A DNA stretch of 60,784 bases, filler included, from Dugesia japonica (GCA_001938525.1; 6 parts of 6 records of this genome joined end to end with filler, not necessarily neighbours in it); one strand, 5' to 3'. Shown: positions 13,684 through 27,096, counted from the first letter of the whole stretch. Made by a program: numbers and translations. The notes: generated by a model not told the origin, from the sequence alone.

Positions 13684-13849
13684 ANNNNNNNNNNNNNNNN
13701 NNNNNNNNNNNNNNNNNNNNNNNNNNNNNNNNNNNNNNNNNNNNNNNNNNNNNNNNNNNNNNNNNNNNNNNNNNNNNNNNNNNNNNNNNNNNNNNNNNNN
13801 NNNNNNNNNNNNNNNNNNNNNNNNNNNNNNNNNNNNNNNNNNNNNNNNN

Positions 13850-14230
13850 TAAAAAATTTTCCCAACTAAATACACAGGGAAAATGTATAGCCACTTTGCC
13901 GTCTAATAAGCTTGAAAAATTTTCCCAACTAAATACACAGGAAAATGTATAGCCACTTAATCCTATTACATAAAATTTCACCGATAAAATTGATCTTATG
14001 ACATAATTTGTGTGCAAAATTTGTTCGCCGCCTATTTACATTAGAAAAAGTATAGCCACTTATGTANNNNNNNNNNNNNNNNNNNNNNNNNNNNNNNNNN
14101 NNNNNNNNNNNNNNNNNNNNNNNNNNNNNNNNNNNNNNNNNNNNNNNNNNNNNNNNNNNNNNNNNNNNNNNNNNNNNNNNNNNNNNNNNCTGAATGTGTG
14201 CTGGCTCTGACTGCCACTATCTATCTACTA
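13850..14230 (+). repeat. Dispersed repeat with CCCAACTAAATACACAGG / TATAGCCACTT subrepeats
   Basis: Inverted copy at 45290-45726; both end in GCCACTATCTATCTA. Confidence 0.75.
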
Positions 14231-14309
14231 TATTTCAATAAGATTAAAATTGTAAATAAAAATTATTGTTTAAAATATTTTTATTGCTTTTTCTTATTTG
14301 TCAATTTTG

Positions 14310-14530
14310 TAAATCGAGACGACAAAGCTCGTGCCCCAATCGTGCTGTATGCTACCAACAGAGCAAAGGAAATTGCGGATGCTCATTGAGTATAGAGTTA
14401 GTTTGCCTGAACATGACTGGGTTGTGAATTTAGGACACAAGTTTAATTTATTCAGTATAGGCCGGAATCATAATATGGTCAAGGAAACTTGGAAGCTGTG
14501 TTTTACGGGACCAACATGCATAGCAGTCTT
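14310..14530 (+). mobile_element. Zator-like (TP36/ISAzo13-related) transposase fragment
   Basis: DDKARAPIVL; IEYRVSLPEHDWVVNLGHK; FTGPTCIAV resemble DDKARVPIG...EYRVxLPDHDWVV...YSGPTYIAI. Confidence 0.5.
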
Positions 14531-16029
14531 GATTTTGATCTTCTGTATACTCTATCCACTTGTTTACTGTATTTACTGGTATCTATATCCCTTGCTAAAT
14601 TCTGTAAAATTTATAAAACTTGGAGAAATTAGGGTAATTAATGGAAATTTAATATACCTTAATAAAATTGGCCCATATTATTACATTGTTTTCTACTATT
14701 TTACTATAACCATTGGTCTACTGTTTAAATGCAACTGTTAAACTCTACGATACAAATACAATAGAGCACATCTAATNAATGCTTTAAATCTATTAAACCT
14801 ATTATATTCGATGAAGTTTAGTGAAATTAATTAAATGTAATTAAATTTAGTGAAATTAATGGAAATTTAATGAATCTTAATAAAATTAGTCTATATTTTA
14901 ATTACGGGTCTGTGAGTGGTTTTGAAACGAGTTGAAATTTTTGTTCTTTTATTGAGAATTATTTTTTAAAAAATCTCTCATTCGATAAATTGGAAGTCAC
15001 AAATTAATCAAGAAATTAAAATAAATTGAATTAAGTTTTGGTACAAAACTTATGTGTAGCTAAAGATTAATTCAAATATTTTTTTTATAAAAATATTTAT
15101 ATAGATTAAAATTTTTAAAATTAATTATTAAATATTTTAATAGCAAATGATGTTTTGTTAAAAACCTTTTGTGAAAGTTTTTTTTAATGAAATTTCGAAA
15201 ACAGATAATTATTTGCTTAAATATTCGAAGTATTTTAAATAAAGTTTTAATTTAAAATTTAAAATTTATTAGAAAATAATTCCAAATTAAAGCATGGATT
15301 TTAATTTGTTTGTTTAAACCAGTGATGATGTTATAGTTTATATTTTAAAAAATTAATGGAGTTAAATTTTGATGTTAATGATTCCATTAGTTTTCCAAAC
15401 TCTCCTAACATGGTGGCAGCGGTAAACACTGATGCAATCACAGAAAGATTGTAGACAAAAGTATTTTGCATAGGCGATGATCTAGAAAAGTATTGTGGGT
15501 ATTTTCTTGATAAAATATTGTGGGAGTATGAAACCCACTAATGTCAAATCAGTATAACTACTGATTGTGTTTTCATAATATTCAGACATTTTAATTGAGG
15601 AAACCTCTCTCTTTGAGTGGCTTTCCNTTCTTAAATAAACTCATACTTATAAGGTATAAGTGTAGAATATTGTTATACATAAAAAATAAAGTTATTTAAA
15701 GGGTGTATTTTATTTGTTTATATAGACGATAATACATATTAAACTATTTATATTTTGATTAATAATATAATTTATGTAATATCTGTACTTACATACACAT
15801 AAACAATCACAGAGATTTGAATAAAAAAAATTTATCGAACCATAAACATTTTTGTTGAGTTAAATACCCAACAGTAGAGAAATTAATACCAGATCTAAAT
15901 GGCGGAGTAGAATGTCAGAATACTTTTGGATATCTTCTGCAAAAAAGTGCATAGTAGACATCAATAATCATAGAGAAAGATTTGTTTGCAACATCGAGTC
16001 AAAATTTGGAAGACAAATACAGACGAGTG

Positions 16030-17380
16030 AACGATTGAAACATGCAATTGAAGATTCTAGAAATTAACAAAGATCATAGATTGACTGCGATTATTCAGAA
16101 TATCGAGGATGTATTTATGGCGGATAAATTGGACATTGGATGCACACGCTTAACAAAGTATCGAATAAAGGAGGTCCAATCAACAGAAAACCGTATCGCC
16201 AACCAATGAATCAAGAGGAGAAGATTGAAGAGGCCATCAAGAATCTATACGATAATAGTATCATACGGAAGTGTAATTCGCAATAGAATACACCATTAAT
16301 ATGTGTTTTGAAAAAGGTAAAAGGATATACAATAATGCTTAGACTTTAGAAAGTTCAATGCAATAACAGAAAAACAAGCTGTTCCTATGCCAAATGTGGA
16401 CGAAATGATTGATGCTTTGGAAGGTACACAGTATTTTAGCTCAATAGGCTTGGGAAATGCATACTACCAAGTAGAACTCAGTGAAGATTCTCAAGAAAAG
16501 ATGGCTTTTTCGACCAAACAAGGGCAATTTTGTTTCCAATAGAATGCCTTTTAGAATTGCAGCAGCATCAGGTATGTTACAGGAAATGATGAATAAAGTA
16601 ATCGGGAAAATAAAAGGAGCAATGGTTTATCTAGACGAAATTCTCATATTTACCGAAACAAAGGAGCAACACTATGAAATAATCAATAGAGTATTAAAAG
16701 AAATTAAAAAGGCTAGTCTAAGAGTTAATCAGAGAAATTTCAATTTATGTGAAAGGAGATCCAATTTTTGGGACACATTATCAGTAAAGAAGGTGTCAAG
16801 ACAGATCCAACTAAAATAGAAGCAATTAAGAACTTTGATAAATCAAAATGCGTTAAGAAAATAAGAAGCTTTTTGGGAATTGGCAATTACTATCGAAAGT
16901 TTATTTAAGATTATTCAAAGAAAGTTAGATTACTGGAACAGCTGTGTAGTGGGCCAAGTAACAAGAAAATGGAATGGGCGAATGAAGTAGAAGAAGTTTT
17001 TAATGGAATGAAAGAAGCACTAATGATGTCTCCAATATTATGTTTTCCAGATATAAATAGAGAATTTATTTTAGAAACAGATGGGAGTTTCGATAGGATT
17101 GGGGCAGTACTATCTAAAAAGATCAACAATGGGCAAGAAAGAGTAATTGCATATGAGTCATACGCAATGACGAGTCACGGAAAGAATTTCGCGCAATTTA
17201 TTACTTTTGTATTCATTTCAAACAATACTTATACGGGAAGAGATTTATCCTCAGAACATACAATAAAGCCATCAATTTTATGCTAAATACCAAGAAGCCA
17301 ATTACATCGCAGTTCCAAACCTGGATTAATTATTTCAACAGTTTAGATATAAAATTTAAATATAGAACAGGCTCGCTTCA
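16030..17380 (+). mobile_element. Ty3/Gypsy pol (RT + RNase H) pseudogene
   Basis: KPYRQPMN; DFRKFNAIT; NAYYQVEL; AFSTKQGQF; RMPFRI; MVYLDEILIF (YxDD decayed); RSFLGIGNYYRKFI; FILETDGSFDRIGAVL; HFKQYLYGKRF. Confidence 0.93.
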
Positions 17381-17384
17381 TATA

Positions 17385-18164
17385 TAATTTGTTTGATTAT
17401 CATAAGTATTTCCGGAGTAAACAATTTCTTTTATCCAATGTGGTGCATGGTATGTGATTAATTTCTATCTTTTAAACATACACCTATACAAAATATGTTC
17501 TAAATTATATTCGCAATCAAATAGTATCATTTGCAAAAGAATATAATAAGTTTTTACCGAGAACTTCGTAGATCAAGGTCAAATGATCCAGTGCGCTAGT
17601 ACTTTTATCTTTGAAACTAAAAATTTTTAAATAGCAAACTCTTTTCAAGAAATGTTCAGAATTTTATTTTGAGTTCAACAATATCAAATTTACTTGATTA
17701 TCATAAGTATTTCTCGAAAAGTAATGTTTTATCCCAGGCTTGACATGTCACCTGGTCATTTTCTACATTTCGATCCAAGCATATTTACACAGTAAACCCT
17801 ATACAAAATATCTTCTGAATTTTATTCTGAATCGAAAAGTTTTATTTGTGAAGCAATATAATACATCTTGACTGAGAAATTCCTAGATCAAGGTCAAGTG
17901 ATCCAGTAAGGTTGTACCTTTTTCTTGGAAACTAAAAATATTTTTCTAGCAAACTCTTTTCAAGAAATGTTCAGAATTTTATTTTGAGTTCAACAATATC
18001 AACAATAAAAATGGACCAAAAAATGTCGAACCGAAAATTCGAATTTTTGACCTTTCTGAGCAAAACTTCGACGGTTACAACCCGTATTCAAAAATTCTTT
18101 TATTCCTAATTCGTAACGACCAATCAAAATTCTACATTCCTGGATCACTCAAATTACTAGATCA
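17385..18164 (+). repeat. ~315-bp tandem-repeat family, probable non-autonomous DNA element
   Basis: GATCAAGGTCAA at 17571 and 17886; same units and terminal AAATTCGAATTTT..GACCTT..TGAGCAAA segment at 21420-22465. Confidence 0.75.
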
Positions 18165-18479
18165 NNNNNNNNNNNNNNNNNNNNNNNNNNNNNNNNNNNN
18201 NNNNNNNNTTAATTAATTAANNNNNNNNNNNNNNNNNNNNNNNNNNNNNNNNNNNNNNNNNNNNATTTGTATTTTAACATACTTTATTTCTACAGTTTTA
18301 TTTACAGTATTATATATATTTAAATTTACAATTGATATGTTTGCATTTATTTTGAGCTATGGGAATTTCAATTTTTATATTTTTATTTTCTTAACTATTA
18401 CAATACGAACATTTTAAATTTGTCTTCAACAAATATTTTATTCCACATATTATAAAATTAAAAAATAAGACTTAGAATA

Positions 18480-19625
18480 AAATGTTTATGCACAAATCAA
18501 AATAGAGAAATATCAGCAAAGAGATATTTTAACACAAGAACTGATATTTTAGAAAAATTTTAAAATATTTTAGATGAATGAATAAGGGAAGCCGAAAGAG
18601 ATGAGTCTGGATTAATGTTATTAAATGTAAGCCAGATTTTGATGTTTGTATCTGAATATATTTCCTCAGTAGGTGGGTCAATTTTAAAATTACCATTTTA
18701 TAGAAATTCAATTANNNATTTAGAAAATGAGGATAATAAATCTTTCTTATGATATTTTTTAAAATTTATTGAAATAACAGGGAACATCGAATTAGAATCT
18801 TTAATAGAAAATTTATTAAATGATTATTCAATTACTCATACTATTTCATTAGATTATATTGAAAAATTATAAAAATGATAACATTAAAGCAAAAGCAGAT
18901 AAGTTAAAAACAACTAAATCAGTTGTAAGAGAAAATTTACAATGGGAAATAATTGAACATGATAAAATACTCTATACAAATTTATTTTATTATGAGCATA
19001 AAAATGTCTTTATTTATTGTAAACTGTATTTTTTTTAAATAAAAGTCAATTTAAAGCATCCCCATCTCAAAAAGCTAACAGTTTAGATTATTTAGACATT
19101 GGCCTCTAGATTTGCAAAAGGGTTCATCATAAACAATTTTGATTATTTAGGAAGATTTTTTACTATTTAATAAATTTTATTTTAAAAATAAAGTATTTGT
19201 AGTTTTAGTTGAAGATTTTGAGGTTTACATGGTTATACAATGAAATATTAATAGATAGCCCACCATAAAATATTTTCCTAAAGGATAATTATGTACAATT
19301 TAATAAATTTTATTTTAAAAATAAAGTACATGTAGTTTTAGTGGAAGATTATGAGGTTTACAATGTTTTGCAATGAAATAATAATAGATATACATTCTAT
19401 TAATAGATGATGTTAAATAAATTTTTCAAATTTAATGTCTTCAAATGTATGAAGCTGATCCAGCATATTTTTACTCAGCTCCGAGATTTACGTAGTTAGC
19501 TAGATTAAACTATAAAAATGTAAAATTAAAATATTAGATAGTAGAAACAGATAACATGTTATTATTTTTTGAAGAAGGAGTAAAATGTGGAGTCTTTGGA
19601 GAGACATTAGTAATTCCTAATAATA
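18480..19625 (+). pseudogene. Polinton/Maverick (adintovirus) protein-primed DNA polymerase B relic
   Basis: ERDESGLMLL...SVGGSILKLPF...NLENEDNKSFL* (GSSYIxLP...INxxNxDNKCFLW) and YEADPAYFYSAPRFT*...NMLLFFEEGVKCGV (LDPAHYxxAPG...FxExGIRGG); large deletions; local ~110-bp tandem duplication at 19165-19390. Confidence 0.8.
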
Positions 19626-19626
19626 T

Positions 19627-20140
19627 GTACTGGTCGATTATTCCAAGAATGTATTTTTTTCGTTCACTTGTTTCCCACATTGGCTCACATATATCAATAT
19701 CACTTCAAACAAATTGGTAGCTTGTAATCTCTTTGTCTTCTCTTTATTTGCTGTCATCACTTCTTTGATCTTCTGATAAATTTCACAATCACGAACTATC
19801 TTCTATATTTGGCTCCATAAATTCTTCGCAATGTATTTGTTTCTCATATATTCGTACACCTTTCCAAATTCTGCATGACATAAAAATTTATGTATTTCTT
19901 CTTATGTCTTTCTTTTCCTTTGTCCAAACCCAAATAAGTGGGGTATTACATAGAGAGTTGCATTTCCGGATAATGTTATTTTCAAAAAGGTTTTAAATAG
20001 GTTCTTAAATTTTATATTCTAAGTTCATTGGTTGTCTGTACGGTTTTACATTGATTGATTCACCACTTGTGATTATTTTGTGACTTGTCAGATGAGTGCA
20101 TCCTACATTACATTTATCTATCATAAAAGCATTTTTTTCG
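19627..20140 (-). mobile_element. Internally deleted Gypsy pol (RT N-terminus fused to integrase zinc domain/core start)
   Basis: GCTHLTSHKIITSGESINVKPYRQPMN; IHKFLCHAEFGKVYEY...IVRDCEIYQK; DICEPMWETSERKKYILGIIDQY. Confidence 0.85.
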
Positions 20141-21419
20141 GTTTTTTTTTCAATATATTTTTTATTTTTTTATTTATCTTTTTTGCCTGAGTAGCAGGTA
20201 GAGAATTAAAAGGTAACATAGAAATGTGTAATGAACTTGTATCGTAAAATAATTCCTTCCCAATTAAAAACGTATTCAAAATACTTAATTATTTTGATTG
20301 TGTAATAGGTTACGTAATCAATTTTTAAAAAAATTTGCAGTTATTTTTTTGTTTTCTCTACAATAACTATCGGACAGTCACAAATTTAGTATCAGTAGAC
20401 GCGCAATGTTATTCATTTAATAATTTTGTCGGACAGACCCTTCAAAAGTTATTAAATATTTAAATTAAAAACCACCGCCATTTTGAAAGATATTGACTCG
20501 AAATTTGTGGCAATCTTCTTAAAATTAAAAACTACCTATACATCACCTAAAGTACCTGTATCAAAAAATGCTTCAATTCGCCACAAAAAATATGTCAGTT
20601 GACATGTCTCACTACTAAAAGTCAAACAAATTTGGTATTCTTAAACTCAGAATTAAAAACTAAACATATTTCCCATAAGGTGTGTTGTACAAATATTCTT
20701 GGTTCTCAAAATAATATATAATTATATAATTAATTATAAATTATTATTAAAATAATAATAATTTTTAAAGTATTTTTAGACAGTAAAACTCAGAATAAAA
20801 AACTGAACATTTTGTATATAGGGTTTGCTGTAAAAAATGCTTCCTTTTAATAATTTTATTTCATGTGTTAATTGCAATTCATTGTTATTAAATTTCAAAA
20901 GTTTAAGATTTTTATTTGAAATTCATGATTTTTCGAGTAAATGTCGAATTTTAATGATTTTATAAATACAAATTTTGATTTACTTTTGAAAATAAACGTT
21001 AAATTTTTTACAAACTATTTATATTGAAAAACTGAAAAAACTGAAAATAATAATATTACATTGATAAAAAATTAAAACCATTGAAATATTGCTATAGTAA
21101 CACATGTAAAATTTTAATTTTCGAAAATGTAGAAATTTACAAAATAAAAACAAATTTAAATTACAAAACTTATTCATTTCAAATANTTTTTCTTAATAGT
21201 ACATATTTTTCTAAACATAATTAGGTTAGATTAGATTAATAGACTACAATTAAATTAAATTATTGTAATAAATTAAATACTTTACTTGAATTGACTGATT
21301 TTAGCATATACTATGACAAAATACTATCTATGGGTGGTGTTCATTGGTTTACAATTTCCACTACTTTACTATATCTACTAACTTACTGTATTCATTTGCT
21401 TACTCTAACTCTTTGTTTA

Positions 21420-22465
21420 CTGTATCACAACAAACCCTATAGGAAATATGTTTAGAATTTTATTTTGAATCGAATACTTTAACTTTCATGATCAAACAAC
21501 GAGTTTTGGCAGAGAAATTTAAAAAACAAGGTCAACAGGGCCAGTGCGCTCATACCTTTTCTTGGAGAACCAATCATATTCACATAGCAAACCCTATAAA
21601 AAAATGTTCACCTTTCAATTCTAAGAAGATCCATATAAAATTTGTTTGATTATCATAAGTATTTATAAAGTGCGATTTTTCATATTCGGTGGGTCCTGGT
21701 AACCGAGAATTTTTTATCTTTTGAACGAAGCATATTTGTACAGCAAACCCTACACAAAATATGTTCAGAATTATATTTTGAATTGAATGCTATCATTTTC
21801 AGATTTATAGGATAAGTATCGGTCGAGAAATTCATGGATCAAGGTCAACAGTGCCAGAGCACTCAAACATTTATCTTAGAAACTAAAAATATTCATGTAG
21901 CAAATAATATAAGAAATATGTTCAGATTTTAATTTTGAGTTTAAAAATACCCATTTTGTAATTTTATCATAAGTATTTCTCGAAAAAATAATTTTTCATT
22001 TTCACCTAAGAATTTTCTATCTTTTGAACTAAAAATATTTTTACAACAAACCGTACAAAAAACTTGTTTGGAATTTTATTCTGAATTGAATGCTATCATT
22101 TTCAGTGCAATACAATAAGTATTGACTGAGTAATTTATAAAACAAGGTCAATAGTACAAGTGCGCTCATACCTTTTCTCGGAGAACCAAGCATATTCATA
22201 TAGCAAACCTTATATAAAAAATGTTCACCTTTTAATTCTAAGACGATCAATACCAAATTCGAAATTACACCATAAAATTTGACCGAAAACGTTTGTTTCG
22301 AAAATTCGAATTTTCGACCTTCCTGAGCAAATATTCGGCCGTTCTAACCCGAATTCGAAATTTTTTTTCATATATTCGGAACATCCAATAAAAAAGCTAC
22401 AAATAAAAAAACATCAAAACAACCGAAACAGTCGACGGCAGGGAGGGTCGATGCCATTGCCTCAT
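21420..22465 (+). repeat. ~305-315-bp tandem-repeat family, second locus
   Basis: CAAGGTCAA at 21527, 21840, 22143; homologous to 17385-18164. Confidence 0.75.
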
Positions 22466-22479
22466 ATCTATTTACTCAG

Positions 22480-23260
22480 ATATATACTGTACATGTTGAT
22501 TATTCCAAGAATTTATTTATTCCGTCCACCTGTTTCCCGCATTGGCCCACATATATCTACCACTATTTTGTCGGACAATTTGCTTTAGTATGACCGATCT
22601 TATGACATAACCAACATTCGATATTTTGTTTTTTCTTTATTTGCTCCACATGTCTATTCATTGTTTGATTTACTGGTTTCTGATAATTTCGATTTGTAAC
22701 TCTCGCGTAACTTTTAACTGCATCAACTGGATCTTTATTTTTCTCTACTCGATCTACTAACGTCGGTGTTTCTTCAATTTCTTCTATATTTTCTTGTTTC
22801 CGCAAAGTCACTTCTTCTTTAACTTTTTTGTTATCTTAATAAAAAACTAGCATATTTGCTATCAATTATCACTCAGTAAGATATTTATTTGTAAATAATC
22901 TTTTTACTACATATTTTACATGTTTAAAATAAACTTGGATCTCTTTATTTCTACGTCTGTAGTTAATCAAATTTCGAAAATCTTTGATAACATCTTTCTC
23001 ATTCTCAAATGACATACGTAAACAAGCCTGGAAATCTCCAACTTTTTTTCTATATCTTTACATATTCTTTCAACAAATCTTCATCTAACAAACAAGAGAC
23101 TAACCTCTCCTGCTGTTTCACATAGGTAATGTTTTTAGCTTCAAAATAAAATTCACACCGCTTGATAAATTTCTGAATATCATCTCCTCTGCAGAACATT
23201 TTTAGTAATTGAATCGGTATTAACCACTTACATTTACCGGTAGATCTTTAATTGGTAATT
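22480..23260 (-). mobile_element. Gypsy gag (CCHC knuckle) joined directly to an integrase fragment
   Basis: MFCRGDDIQKFIKRCEFYFEAK; CWLCHKIGHTKANC; then VVDICGPMRETGGRNK..LGII. Confidence 0.82.
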
Positions 23261-24789
23261 CATTTTCCAAATCAAAACTAATTTTTTGAGATATCAATTA
23301 TTTTATTACTACAACTCTGCTATTTTAAAATAATTATAATTGATTGAAACTTATTACCGAATTAACTCACTTTCTATTGGCTAAAAATATTAAATAATAA
23401 TTATTTCCTTATAATGAAAAAATTCTTTATATTCTACTGCAATGATTCAAAAATTACGAACTAGAGAAATTTTTTGAAAAAATCAATGCAATCTAGAAGG
23501 TGACATTAAATTGGAAGAGAATAATCCAGAATGTGGTAAGCCAACATCATGAAAGAATTATGGATATATATAACTACTATTAGCATAGACGAAACTACAA
23601 ACTAAATCACCGAATTCAAACAGAAAAATACACAACTGCTAGATAAAATAGGAAACTAGAAAAACGTATCATAATTCTTTCGCAGACCAGCCACAAAATG
23701 ACAGATATTTTGAAGCATATGCAGATAGAAAAAAAATACTAATAACCAATGCTTGAAGTCCTTGTTAAACACCCCGTACTGTGAAGAAATAGGTCAAGAA
23801 GAGTGTTCCAGGGATCATCACCATTGATGACACTAACCATTGTTATGTAATTGTGAAATCCGATATAGTAAAATAGCTCAGGAAGTAAATAATGAAGACA
23901 GAACTGAAGACAGAAACAACGAAATTTTTGTAAGACGGGATACAGCATAGTTCTGCTGAACTCGGGAATGTTGAATCTTGATGCGGGAGAAGATATCATT
24001 CAGATTTTTTTGGTTACGGGGTATCATCCACTAGATTAAAGATAATCAGTCCAATACCATACAAGAAGAAAGAATCCTTGGGACAAAGGAGAAAAATCGA
24101 GAAGCCTCAAAACCCTACATGCATAAAAAATTAATTTAAAATTTTCTTCTTTATTTGTTAAAATTTGCTTTCCCATCTTTTCACGTTTTATTGAAACAGA
24201 TAAATCTTTATTTTTCCTTTTTTATTTGATTTCTTTAAATTTCTTTCCACTTAATTGACATTTCATTAAATGTTTCTCCATGTTCATCTAATTCTAGGTT
24301 TTTAAAATTTTTCTAATTATTTATTAAATTTACTTGTGTAAAAACATATCGATCTTCTCTGTCATGCAATACTAAATTATGAAATAATTTGCATTAAATA
24401 TTAATTTTAAAATTAAAATATTTAAATTCTCCAAACCTCTCAAGACCTTCAGTCTATGCTTAAATTTTAAGGGTTAAGGTTACAATAGCTTTAAAATAAT
24501 GTGAAAAAATTTCTAAAACCATAATGTTACGATCAATATTTATCAGGATAATTATTAATTTCAATATTTAAATCAATTGTAATTTTTTGATTTCCTTTTA
24601 TATATTCTTTACAATTTTTTTTATAAATACTTTATTTATTTGTACTAAAAATGACTAACATTGAAAAGTTAGTAAAATCATTAAAAACCTATTAGATATG
24701 TTAAATCATCTAATTCAAAATAATGAACGTTCTGAAACAAGTAAATATCGAATTGGTATAATAATTATAACCTTATTAAATATTCTATA

Positions 24790-25240
24790 GGATTACATTT
24801 CATAGAGACGTTTATTTTTNAATCCACAATCCTTTTTCGTCACTTTCGAACATCACTTAAGAATTCCAAAGTTCAAAATTGCTTTTCAAACGGTTGTTTC
24901 ATCCTGTCGTAATAATGCTACCAATAGATATTAATTACCTGATCAACTATTCTCAAAATATATTTTTTCTTGCTCGTTGTTTCTTTCGACACTCCACAAA
25001 TACTCACAATTTCTGTTGAATTACCTGGTTATATTTTCATCACTGTTTCTTTCGTTTTTTTGTGAATGTCTTCGATCTTTGGCAATTCATACAGCTCTGA
25101 ACGACCTATTTAAAAGTGTCTCGCTATAATATCGTTATGACTCAATCTTTTGTTTCCTCAATTGGTTTGGTTTATTGCAACGCACTCACTATTTCTTTTT
25201 AGTTTTCATTTATCTCTTAATTAACCGTGTTCCCTATAAT
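24790..25240 (-). mobile_element. Gypsy integrase fragment, heavily decayed
   Basis: VVQSCMNCQRSKTFT (zinc domain Cx2C); LVALLRQDETTV*KAIL...KDCG. Confidence 0.65.
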
Positions 25241-25379
25241 ATCGCATTGAAAATTTTTAACTTCTGTAAAACACAAAGTAAATGTTAAAAATAATAAAAA
25301 AATATTAGTTGAATAATCTGATAAATATCTGAACATTTAAAAAGATTAATTTTTTTTATTAATTTATAAAATTATTTAG

Positions 25380-25760
25380 ATGTTATCTGGATCGGAATTA
25401 GATAAAAAAGGACACACTTCATTGTTATACGCTAATGGACCCGGTTTCAAAGAACCGCGTTTAAATATAACCAGTGAAACCATAATTACTACAGATTATA
25501 TTTATCCCAGTGGAGTTCCTTTAACATATGAAAGCCATGGTGGTGAAGACATAACTGTTTATGCTAATGGTCCATGGGCACACCTTTTGAATGGTTTACA
25601 CCAACAGTCTTATATTGGTCATATGATGATGCATGCATCATGTGTTGGTGCTTTTAAAAATTCAAATCATTGCAACATATCTTATGTCTCAAATTATTTT
25701 TCTATAAATGTAGTATTAATTAATTTCATTATTTTATTCTTTATGAAACATTGTGTGTAG
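25380..25760 (+). CDS. Alkaline phosphatase (ALPL-like, GPI-anchored), terminal exon
   Basis: Acceptor TTTAG at 25375-25379; LLYANGPG, ESHGGEDITVYANGPWAHLLNGLHQQSYIGHMMMHASC; hydrophobic GPI-signal-like tail; upstream exons not found in the window. Confidence 0.93.
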   Translation: MLSGSELDKKGHTSLLYANGPGFKEPRLNITSETIITTDYIYPSGVPLTYESHGGEDITVYANGPWAHLLNGLHQQSYIGHMMMHASCVGAFKNSNHCNISYVSNYFSINVVLINFIILFFMKHCV

Positions 25761-25999
25761 ATTATCTAATGCACTTCTACATATAGATACTTGTCACTTT
25801 TTGAATTGATAAAAAGTAAAAAATTATTAATTTTAAAGTCTATTGTTTTTNATTCTTTNAAATAAATTAGATAGAATAAATTTAAATAACTTTTGTTTGA
25901 AAAAATTATTACGAACTAAAATAAAGGAATAAATTTAGAAATTATGAAACCATTTTACAGTGAATATATTTTAATTTGGTTTTCGTAAAATTGCTATTC

Positions 26000-27009
26000 T
26001 GTATCATAAAATTCTGATCGATTTCCTCCAGTAGCGAGTTGTAATTTTGATAGGGCTTCTCTTAATCGAAAGATTTGTTGTTGATTATTTTTCATGTTTT
26101 TAAAATCTACTGTTTTATTTGGACAGGTTTTCTGTTACCCATTTAATTCTTGTCTTTTCATCACATTGGTCTTGTTTTCCTTAGTATTTACATTAGACAG
26201 TCTTGCATTATCTATTTTGTACCGACATTGTCTTCCAGAATTGCCATGCTTCCAACAGAAGAAGCACTCTTCCTTATTTATTCGACATTCTTTGATTTAG
26301 TACCCTAGTTTATCACAATTATAAAATTTTTTCCTTGTTGATACTTGGATAGTATCATATTAGTTTTTTTGTTTCCCGGCCATATGATTCGCATCATGCG
26401 TACTCTTGATAATTTATTCCCCTGGTTTCCAATTTTTTGGTTCTGAGCTTCGTTATTGCTTCTTAAATTTTGTTTTCTGATAACCTAGTACGTTTTCTTA
26501 ATTTTCATACTGATTTGGTCCTTTCCTTATTTGGTTATCTTTAGTAAACATCTCTCTTCTGGGTGTCTTTTCATACTGTATTTGCTACAATATCTGTGCC
26601 ACAATCTATCTAAGTGATGATTCTTTTGGCCACACAAACTACAGTATGTATAGTTAACTTTACATTGGTTGGTAATGTGATGTGTTCGCTGAAAAATTTG
26701 AAATTCTATACTTATTTGTCTATTGACTGTTTCTTGGCTAGTAATTTCTTGTTCATTTACTGACTGCCTTATTCCCCATGAAGACAGAAAGTTCGCTTTA
26801 AAACTATGTTCCAAATATTTATATTTATCTTGAAAACTTCTGCTATTAACAATTTCAGGTTTACAATTATGCAGGTAAAGCGAATGATCCAAATTCATAG
26901 TCTCTGATATTGTTTTGATTACTTGCAAAATATTATGAATATTTCTATTTTCCTTAATATTTTCCTCTTTACAATCAAGTATATCAAATTTAGAATTTTC
27001 AAAAATCAT
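26000..27009 (-). mobile_element. gag-like pseudogene with four degenerate CCHC knuckles
   Basis: CSLCGQKNHHLDRL; CSKYSMKRHPEERC; FYNCDKLGY*IKEC; CFFCWKHGNSGRQC. Confidence 0.6.
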
Positions 27010-27096
27010 ATTAGAATAAATTCAAAATAAATTATTATTATTTAAAATATTTATTGCTTTAAATATTTTTTTATTAATAATTAAAGTAATAAAACA

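Noticed and set aside
23400-24120. Possible plus-strand gag fragment
   Set aside because: Only a vague knuckle-like remnant; no motif I can support
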